20,878 nucleotides of DNA, from the NCBI GenBank assembly GCA_029856155.1, contig JAHQWL010000076.1, positions 1 through 20,878 on the forward strand, written 5' to 3'. The translations under genes were made by a program, and so were the position numbers. How positions within the stretch are numbered: position 1 is the first letter of the stretch; every line of letters starts with the position of its first letter. The notes beneath the pieces were generated by a model, which was given only the letters and a program-made list of their open reading frames with translations, ran no database searches and had not been told where the DNA came from. The DNA is from Promethearchaeia archaeon. Its GTDB lineage: Archaea > Asgardarchaeota > Lokiarchaeia > Sigyniarchaeales > SOKP01. Below, in pieces: positions 1-6,833 of this stretch.

Positions 1-189
1 GTACCCACAGCACCTTTAAGAACTATTAACAAAGTTAAACTCGAAGTGGATGAGATTTTTTGTCCAAATATAAGAGATGTGATGTGGTTCGCTGTCGCTG
101 ATGCCTATAAGAATTGGTATGATGTTCCAGAATCAGAGGTATTAGAAATTATTAATAAATCAAATTTTTACGTCTCTAAAATAAAGTGA
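1..189 (+). CDS. Phosphoribosyltransferase-family protein (COG1926-like), C-terminal part; 5' end lies outside the window
   Basis: Not in the ORF track. Frame +1 is open from base 1 to TGA at 187-189: VPTAPLRTINKVKLEVDEIFCPNIRDVMWFAVADAYKNWYDVPESEVLEII. This fits the (A)VPxAP...DE.vC...F.AV...Y..w.dv...EV tail of small PRTase-like proteins. Confidence 0.75.
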   Translation, partial: VPTAPLRTINKVKLEVDEIFCPNIRDVMWFAVADAYKNWYDVPESEVLEIINKSNFYVSKIK

Positions 190-219
190 AATAAAGAGCT
201 ATAAAATTGAAAGAAAAGT

Positions 220-227
220 AAAAAAAA
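220..227 (-). terminator. Oligo-T terminator candidate for the 88-aa gene
   Basis: T8 on the minus strand 8 nt after the stop codon. Archaeal intrinsic terminators are oligo-T tracts, but the AT-rich background lowers specificity. Confidence 0.35.
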
Positions 228-235
228 TATTTTAT

Positions 236-502
236 TTAAGCGCTAATCAAACGGAATAATATAGAAGCATGAGGAATAAAGAATTCATCTTTACGTTTGA
301 TGACCACAGTGTGAAAATATTCTGCTAATCCTAAAAAACCACGAATAACTGATTCATCTTCCTCAAATCTAAAAATAACTGTTGCGATTGCAGCTCCTGT
401 ATTAAAATTAACCTTATCATACACTCTTTCGTCAATTAAGGGAATCTTTAGCTCATTAACAATTTCATAAACCCGTTTAATGAATAGTTCTCGCTTAGGC
501 AT
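236..502 (-). CDS. Hypothetical protein, 88 aa, predicted alpha/beta
   Basis: ATG start, normal globular composition, no competing ORF, and a T-tract (A8 at 220-227 on +) just after the stop. No recognisable motif. Confidence 0.8.
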   Translation of the reverse strand: MPKRELFIKRVYEIVNELKIPLIDERVYDKVNFNTGAAIATVIFRFEEDESVIRGFLGLAEYFHTVVIKRKDEFFIPHASILFRLISA

Positions 503-767
503 TTTTTACAAACCTTTTTAATTTATTCCAATTGAATTTTTAATAATTTTTAAACTTACTAATGAAATATGTTATATAATATTAATAGGTCTAGGTTTTT
601 TAATAATTAACGTTTTTTTGGATTTACGTATTATTCCGGTATATAGAGTTAACTAAGAATGGAATAAAAATATAAATACATATTAATATAATTAAAATAT
701 AAAGATTATAACTAGTAATTTTAATTTTAATCAAATTTTCAATAATAATAGAGGAATTGAGTAGAAC
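503..767. promoter_or_regulatory. Divergent promoter region between the 88-aa gene and the proline-rich gene
   Basis: 265-bp, extremely AT-rich intergenic region between head-to-head genes. It has several TATA-like boxes (e.g. TATAAATA at 671-678) and a purine-rich GAGGAA at 751-756 before the GTG at 768. The functional TATA cannot be singled out. Confidence 0.45.
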
Positions 768-1487
768 GTGGTTTCAAAAGAACAGAAGAAAATTGAACGA
801 GTTATTAATTTCATGAAAAAGGGTTTAACATCTTTAGCTGACGATCTAGAAGAGACTGTTAAGGGGATAAATGACTTTATTAAATCATTAGCTAAAGCTC
901 AGAAAGATTTGAAAGAAGTATCTGTGGTTGAAGAAGTTCAAACCGTAAGCACTTCCTCTAAAAAAATAGTAGCTCCCACAAGTGAGGGGGCTAAAACTGC
1001 CGCTGCTAGCACTTTGTTTAGTCTTTTAAGCAGTACTGGAGGTGCTCCCGTTACTGCTTCAGGTTCAATACCCATACCAACTGCAGCCCCAGTATCAGCT
1101 ATTCCTTCAGCACCTGCCCCTTCTTCTGGAGGTGGGCCTCCAAAAGCACCTAGTTCTGGCCCCCCTAAAGCTCCTAGTGGAAGTCCTCCTAAACGACCTG
1201 GTTTACCACCAGCACCAAAATTGCCCCCTACTAGTGGAGGACCGCCTAAAGCTCCAGGCTCGCCACCCCAAGCACCTCCAGGAGCAGGACCTCCAAAACT
1301 TCCAAGTACAGGAGCACCTTCTGCACCCGCATTCGCAAAAAGACCAGGGTTACCTCCTGGTGGAATTGCTCCTGCCGCTCCCTCTGCTCCAGCTGTGGCA
1401 CCTAAACAAGGTGGAGGGTTAGGTTCGCTCCGTGACGAAATGCTTGACGAATTGAATCGACTTAAGAAGATTATGAGAGGAGAATAG
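768..1487 (+). CDS. Coiled-coil + proline-rich protein with a C-terminal WH2/C-helix/FAB-like amphipathic motif (candidate actin regulator)
   Basis: GTG start after GAGGAA (alternative ATG at 813). Residues ~5-50 show heptad hydrophobic periodicity, ~93-213 are Pro/Ala/Gly/Ser-rich with PPKxP repeats, and the protein ends GGGLGSLRDEMLDELNRLKKIMRGE. The CDS is well supported; the function is inferred. Confidence 0.85.
   Translation: MVSKEQKKIERVINFMKKGLTSLADDLEETVKGINDFIKSLAKAQKDLKEVSVVEEVQTVSTSSKKIVAPTSEGAKTAAASTLFSLLSSTGGAPVTASGSIPIPTAAPVSAIPSAPAPSSGGGPPKAPSSGPPKAPSGSPPKRPGLPPAPKLPPTSGGPPKAPGSPPQAPPGAGPPKLPSTGAPSAPAFAKRPGLPPGGIAPAAPSAPAVAPKQGGGLGSLRDEMLDELNRLKKIMRGE
1134..1358 (+). repeat. 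Intragenic degenerate peptide repeats (G/S)PP(K/Q)(A/R/L)P and KRPGLPP
   Basis: GPPKAP at residues 123, 131 and 158; SPPKRP at 139; SPPQAP at 165; GPPKLP at 174; KRPGLPP at 142 and 191. The first three units have a 24-nt period and differ at synonymous sites (gggcctccaaaagcacct vs ggcccccctaaagctcct). Confidence 0.85.
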
Positions 1488-1519
1488 TCTTTTATCAATA
1501 CGAGCCTAAATTGATTATA

Positions 1520-1527
1520 TTTTTTTT
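1520..1527 (+). terminator. Oligo-T terminator candidate after the proline-rich gene
   Basis: T8 run 32 nt after the TAG. Confidence 0.35.
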
Positions 1528-1768
1528 CTAGTAGTAAACCTATACTATCTTTAGATTTTTTTATAAGTAATATTACCTTTAAATTAAGAAATAATTATGC
1601 ACTTTTTCCATATTGCTTCATAAATCGTATTAGTTATACCTTTAGTTCAGCTCTATATTTTAATTTTTCAAGTTTTTTATTTTTTTCCAATTTATCCATT
1701 CTTTGAATAATCATAATAGAGATTAGATTCAACAAAGTTTTTTTAGGGTTTAGTAAAAATTATATATA

Positions 1769-2515
1769 ATGTTAGAAAATCGCTATTTAATTTGTGAGGA
1801 AGAAATCCCTATTATTGTGCCTAAAAGGATTATGGTTTTTGCTGGCCATCCCGACGATGAGTTAGTATCTTGTGGGGGTACGATCTTAAAATATCAAAAA
1901 CTAGGATCAGAAATTATAATTGTTATCGCTACTTTTGGCTTAGGAGGCTACGCCAAGGAAAAACATAAAGACAATATTGCTAAAAGAAGGAAAAATGAAT
2001 TAGAGCTAGTAAAGAAGTTTTTACAAAGTGAGATTATTGAGTTGGGCTATTCTGATTTACAAATTGATAGAACGAAAATCTCTCGGATTACTAATCTCAT
2101 CCGTGATTATAAACCTCAGGTAATTTTATTACCTCATTATTCAGATTTTCACCGTGTACATCGAAATTTATCATTAATCACACGAGAAGCAATATATCAC
2201 TGCTCTACAGGTAAAGCATATGCGGGACATATGAGGAGTTGGATTCCACTGGGTGTTTATTATTATGAATCTCCATCATGTAAATTTCAATACATAGAAG
2301 GATCTGTTTTTGTTATAGTGAATATAGAAGATTATTGGGAAAAGAAAAAAGAAATTTTTAACCATGTTTATACATCTCAAAAAGAAGTTTTAGAGCGTGT
2401 TTTAGATTGGGCAGAAGATACAGCAATTCTAAGGGGAAATGAAATAAATGCTGCTTTTGGTGAAGCATTTATGCCTGAGACCACATATACTCCATTAAAA
2501 ATTCTATTATTATAA
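1769..2515 (+). CDS. PIG-L/LmbE-family zinc-dependent de-N-acetylase
   Basis: N-terminal VFAGHPDDELVSCGGTI (HPDDE metal motif), RRxEL, IRxYKPxVIL, second His motif DFHRVH, SQ, and C-terminal RG...GEAF. Confidence 0.9.
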   Translation: MLENRYLICEEEIPIIVPKRIMVFAGHPDDELVSCGGTILKYQKLGSEIIIVIATFGLGGYAKEKHKDNIAKRRKNELELVKKFLQSEIIELGYSDLQIDRTKISRITNLIRDYKPQVILLPHYSDFHRVHRNLSLITREAIYHCSTGKAYAGHMRSWIPLGVYYYESPSCKFQYIEGSVFVIVNIEDYWEKKKEIFNHVYTSQKEVLERVLDWAEDTAILRGNEINAAFGEAFMPETTYTPLKILLL

Positions 2516-2608
2516 AAGTACGGAGATTTTTTTAATAATTAAAATAATATATTAGATATACTAGTTTAGGCTAAATATCTTAAAATTAAATTCAGAACCT
2601 ATTAAGGC

Positions 2609-3730
2609 ATGGGAAATCTAACAATAGTTCTTGATATTGGTCAGTTCAGCACTAAAATTGGATTTGCGGGAGAGGATACACCATCTCAAGTTTTTCTAAC
2701 AATGGTTGGAAAACCTAAATATAAAAGTGTAGATGTCAGTTATGAATCTAAGCAATCTCGTGAAGATGAAATCTATGTAGGAGATGAAATTCAATCAATT
2801 GGATTATATAAGATTTTTCATCCTATTGAGAAAGGAATTGTAGTGGATTGGACTCATTTTGAGAATATTATTGATTATATTTTTTACAACTTGAGAGTAG
2901 ATCCCACTCTTGTCAATGTATTATTCGCAGTACATCCATTATTTCCATATAATGACTTAGAGAAAATATTTAAGTTATTTTTAGAAAGATATCAATGTAT
3001 GGCGTTTTATCCAGTATTAGATTCAATGCTAACTCTATACTCCGGTGGGTTCCAAACAGGATTAATAGTAGAAATAGGAGATAGCAATACAAGAATTGTC
3101 CCGATTTATGAAGGATACAAGTTAGAGCATGCAGTAAGAATCTTAGATATTGGTGGAAAAGTACTAACTCATCATATGGAACAGATTTTAGAATCTATTG
3201 GATGGTCAGTCGATTCTTCTATTCGCAGAGAACTAGTAAGAGTTTTGAAGGAAAAAGCTTGTTTTGTATCTTTAGATTATAAAGAAGATCTAAAGCGAAG
3301 TGAACAGTATGAGAAAGAATATTCCCTTCCTGATGGTTCTACAATCTCACTTAATAAAGAAAGATTTATTATACCAGAATTATTGTTTAAACCTACTTCA
3401 GAATTAGAAGAAGATGCATTACAGGTAGCTATCATAGATGTAATTGAAGCTTGTGATTTAGATATTCGTACTGAGTTATTAAATAATATTTTTCTTTCGG
3501 GTGGTTCATCTATGTTTCCTAATTTAAAATCGCGTATCTATCAAGAATTAGAATTAGAGTTAGCAAGACGAAAGAAAAAGAATTTAGGAATTAGAATTAT
3601 CGCTCCAATGGAACGAACATTTTCTGTGTGGATTGGAGGATCAATTTTAGCAATGATTCCCGAATTTTCTCAAAATTGGATTACTCGCGCAAAATATTTT
3701 GAGGAGGGAATACCACCTAATTTACTTTAA
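2609..3730 (+). CDS. Actin-family protein, divergent Asgard actin/Arp-like paralog, 373 aa
   Basis: Colinear with actin over its full length: VLDIGQFSTKIGFAGEDTP (phosphate-1), YVGDE, PIEKGIVVDW, VEIGDSNTRIVPIYEGY (phosphate-2), KEKACFV, YSLPDG, ERFIIPELLFKP, CDLDIR, LSGGSSMFP (adenosine) and IIAPMERTFSVWIGGSILA. Confidence 0.96.
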   Translation: MGNLTIVLDIGQFSTKIGFAGEDTPSQVFLTMVGKPKYKSVDVSYESKQSREDEIYVGDEIQSIGLYKIFHPIEKGIVVDWTHFENIIDYIFYNLRVDPTLVNVLFAVHPLFPYNDLEKIFKLFLERYQCMAFYPVLDSMLTLYSGGFQTGLIVEIGDSNTRIVPIYEGYKLEHAVRILDIGGKVLTHHMEQILESIGWSVDSSIRRELVRVLKEKACFVSLDYKEDLKRSEQYEKEYSLPDGSTISLNKERFIIPELLFKPTSELEEDALQVAIIDVIEACDLDIRTELLNNIFLSGGSSMFPNLKSRIYQELELELARRKKKNLGIRIIAPMERTFSVWIGGSILAMIPEFSQNWITRAKYFEEGIPPNLL

Positions 3731-3792
3731 TATGATTTAACTTATTCTTGCGAAATATCCTAATGACATTGAGATAATACATTTTGTTAAAT

Positions 3793-3808
3793 AAGAAATG
3801 TTTATATT
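3793..3808 (+). promoter_or_regulatory. Candidate BRE/TATA promoter for the winged-helix gene
   Basis: Purine-rich AAGAAA followed by TTTATATT (3801-3808), about 36 nt before the ATG at 3844. AAGGTA (SD-like) lies at 3835-3840. Confidence 0.35.
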
Positions 3809-3843
3809 AAATTATATTATAACTACTACTTTTAAAGGTATAA

Positions 3844-4188
3844 ATGAAGATGGATGAATTTGAAGAAAATAAGTTTTATAAACCAAGTTATTCCCATTTG
3901 TTCAATAGAATTAAGGATATCAAAACACCAATAAAAAATGAAATATTAATTGCCCTCCTCGATGGTCATTGGCATTCTGAATTAGAAATAATAAGAGTTA
4001 CTAAAAGGCAACATGGATTCATTGGAAGTGTTACTTTGGGTACAATGGTAACTTCATTGAATCATTATATAAAAAATAACTATCTGCAGAAGAAGATAGT
4101 GAATGGTAAGCTTTATTATAAGATATCAGATAATTACGTTGGACTTACGAGAGCAGCATATAGGTTTGATGCAAATGATTTTCTTTAA
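3844..4188 (+). CDS. Small hypothetical protein, probable winged helix-turn-helix fold
   Basis: Pattern of helix (PIKNEILIALLDG), short strand/helix (WHSELEIIRV), helix (SVTLGTMVTSL) and beta-hairpin wing (YLQKKIVNGKLYYKIS) typical of wHTH proteins. The fold is inferred by eye. Confidence 0.7.
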   Translation: MKMDEFEENKFYKPSYSHLFNRIKDIKTPIKNEILIALLDGHWHSELEIIRVTKRQHGFIGSVTLGTMVTSLNHYIKNNYLQKKIVNGKLYYKISDNYVGLTRAAYRFDANDFL

Positions 4189-4491
4189 GAAGAAAAAAAT
4201 AAAATTATCGAATTATTTTTAAGAAAGCCGATTATTTCTTTAAATTCTTCAACACGATTAGGTTTTATATAAATATAAAGATGGTATTTTTATGTTATAT
4301 AAGTTATTAAATAGAAATTCTTATATAACAGCTGATAAATAGATTTTTCAATTGAAAATAAAATCCTATTGGGATGATAAAGTGGAAGTAAAAAATAAAT
4401 GTCAGAATTAAAGAAAGAAATCCAAATTTATTCATGTTATGAAAGTATAATCGAATATTTTTTTGTTTTTAGGATAATAATAAATAATATT

Positions 4492-6636
4492 TTATTTTTT
4501 TATGCATCTGCCTTTAAAAATTCTGTATTCCTCACAATTAGAACAGAATCCCTTACCTGATTTTTCTTTAAAACTTTCATTCCAACATTTAGGACATAAA
4601 TAATAAGTAAGGAGTTTATTATTTTTTCTAAGTTCAACTTTAAAAATATTAAAATTACAAATTGAACAGACTGAATTTAACAATTGTAATTTTCCATTCT
4701 TTGGTAAGGATAAATAGTGTTTGCAATTTTCATTAGAACAAACTAAAAATCTTTTACTTTTAATATCAATGAATTTCATAGGAGATGCAATACAAAAAGG
4801 ACAATTTGAAGTAGTGAGTGGGATCGTATAATCCATCTTATAAGTATCAATTTTAGAAGTTAATTTATGTTTATTTACCAAGAATTTATCAAACAGCTGT
4901 AAAAACTCATTTCTTATCTCATCTACAACATCATTCATTTTCTTTTTTTTATCTTTAATTTCTTCAAGTTTTTCCTCCACTTTTCTTGTAAAATCGGGCT
5001 TTAAAAATGGTAACCATATTTCAATTAAATTTTCTATTATAAATTTACCTAAATCCGTTATAAAATAATGAAGTTTCAATCTTTTTGTTAAACTACGAGT
5101 TTGCAATAATTTTATGATAACTGGTCTAGTAGATTTCGTACCTAAATGATTTTTTTCCATTATTTTAAGCAATGACGTATCATTGTATCTAGGAGGGGGT
5201 TTTGTTTCTTTTTGGATAAATAAAACCTCCTTTAATGGGATGTCATTTCCAATAATTTGAATGATAGAGTCATATTTTGGTTTAAGAAAAGGAGCAATTT
5301 CTAGAAATCCTGGAGAGATTAATGCTACAAATTGAGCTTGAAATGGCTCTTCTTTTATGAGAATTTTTAAAACTTGTTTTGATTCCAAGGCTTCTTCTCC
5401 AAAGAGTGCTAGATAATGACGTGCGAGTATATTATAAACTTTTTTTTGTAAATCATTTTCAAATCTTGAACTATTAAGCTCTATACTTTCAAGAGGTGTA
5501 ATAGGGGGGTGATCGCCCATATCTTTCTTTCCTTTCGTTGGTTTTGTTCTATTATTCTTCAAAAGATTCATAGAATAATTTTTAAATTGGGAATGTAAAG
5601 TGAATTTCTTTAAGATTTCAAAGTGATTAAAATCAGACTTATATACATCACTATCAGTTCTCGGATATGAAATTAACATATTAAGATATAAAGCATTCAT
5701 AGTCCGCATAGCTATATTAGCTGAAATTTTTAAGTTTTTTGTTAACAGGACTAAAGCTTTAGATGTATTCAATGGAGTAGGTGGGGCTCTTCTTAATGCA
5801 TTTTTAGAGTTATTAACGATCTTACCAATTTTCTCATCTTTAATCTTTTGAAAAATTTCTCTAACTATGACTTCATTATCCTTCATGAAAGGATTATGTT
5901 GGTGATGTGCTCGAAAAACTCCATTTACATGAAACAAATCAGCATCAATTAGAAAATAGGGTTCTGGAATAAAATTCAGAATCACTTGTTCCCTGAGATA
6001 TATTAAATAAAGAAGACTAGTCTGAACGCGGCCAATTGAAGTAAATCTAACTCTAAATTTATTTAATAAAGGACGTAGAGTATTTGTTATTTCTCTAGTA
6101 GCTGAAAAACCAATGAATGCATCGATGATTGCTCTAGCCTCTCCCGATTCGCCCCAACTATATTTTGGACTTATAAGATTAGTAAATTTATTTAAAATTT
6201 CATTTTTTTGAAGAGAACTAAGCCATAATTGCGATATTTTGATACTAGGATTAATATGTTTTACAAATGGTAGTGCATCAAACAGGCCAATATTGCAACC
6301 TTCTATATCAGCATCTGTCCCGATGACACAATGATTAGAAATTTTTGAATATTCCTTTAAAGAATTTATATGTGGATAAGCATAACTACTAGGTACTTTT
6401 TCAATTGCATTAGGATTTGTTATAATGTCTCGTGGACTCGTTTTTGTCCAACTTTTAAAAACATCTGTATTCCTATATTCAAGGATATGTCCTCGTAATG
6501 GAACTACATAAATATTTTTTGATTCAACTAAGTAAATATTTAATGCTTTAGCTTTTTTTATTATTTTAACTGTTCCTAATGCATTTGCAATAGCTTCTGC
6601 GGCTTTATTTTTTTCTGTAATTATTAAGGTTGTCAT
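4492..6636 (-). CDS. topA: Type IA DNA topoisomerase (archaeal TopA/Topo III) with C-terminal zinc-binding region
   Basis: TOPRIM LIITEK, GHIL, GTDADIEG, SIGRVQT, catalytic ISYPRTDS, DHPPITP, LGTKSTR and several C-terminal CxxC pairs. SD-like GAAAGGT lies upstream of the ATG. Confidence 0.96.
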   Translation of the reverse strand: MTTLIITEKNKAAEAIANALGTVKIIKKAKALNIYLVESKNIYVVPLRGHILEYRNTDVFKSWTKTSPRDIITNPNAIEKVPSSYAYPHINSLKEYSKISNHCVIGTDADIEGCNIGLFDALPFVKHINPSIKISQLWLSSLQKNEILNKFTNLISPKYSWGESGEARAIIDAFIGFSATREITNTLRPLLNKFRVRFTSIGRVQTSLLYLIYLREQVILNFIPEPYFLIDADLFHVNGVFRAHHQHNPFMKDNEVIVREIFQKIKDEKIGKIVNNSKNALRRAPPTPLNTSKALVLLTKNLKISANIAMRTMNALYLNMLISYPRTDSDVYKSDFNHFEILKKFTLHSQFKNYSMNLLKNNRTKPTKGKKDMGDHPPITPLESIELNSSRFENDLQKKVYNILARHYLALFGEEALESKQVLKILIKEEPFQAQFVALISPGFLEIAPFLKPKYDSIIQIIGNDIPLKEVLFIQKETKPPPRYNDTSLLKIMEKNHLGTKSTRPVIIKLLQTRSLTKRLKLHYFITDLGKFIIENLIEIWLPFLKPDFTRKVEEKLEEIKDKKKKMNDVVDEIRNEFLQLFDKFLVNKHKLTSKIDTYKMDYTIPLTTSNCPFCIASPMKFIDIKSKRFLVCSNENCKHYLSLPKNGKLQLLNSVCSICNFNIFKVELRKNNKLLTYYLCPKCWNESFKEKSGKGFCSNCEEYRIFKGRCIKK

Positions 6637-6833
6637 TATTACCTTTCAATAATACTATAGAATGCTTTATTTTAATTACTAAAAAAGCAATAATATTTCA
6701 TAACAGTTAAATCAATATCTGGTTATTATTAAAAGAAAATTAATTTATGTAGAATTTTAATTGATATAATATAATTTGAAATATCAATGATTTCTCGTAA
6801 TCTAGAAAGCCAATGTCAATGTTATGAAAAAAT

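Noticed and set aside
1042-1422. 126-aa Leu/Gln/His-rich ORF in an alternative + frame
   Set aside because: It is a frame-shifted shadow of the same low-complexity region, where stop codons are depleted by composition.
938-1498. 186-aa Gly/Ala/Pro-rich antisense ORF that looks collagen-like
   Set aside because: It is the mirror of Pro codons (CCN to NGG/GGN) in the locally GC-rich proline-rich gene, and it has no sustained Gly-X-Y period.
4399-4560. 53-aa + strand ORF starting MSELKKEI in the gap before the topA end
   Set aside because: It runs into low-complexity AT sequence and overlaps the topA 3' end by 69 nt. The start looks plausible but nothing else supports it.
6290-6325. TOPRIM motif DADIEG instead of DxDREG as a sign of an inactive topoisomerase
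   Set aside because: The acidic residues and catalytic Tyr are intact, and DxDIEG variants occur in archaeal type IA enzymes.
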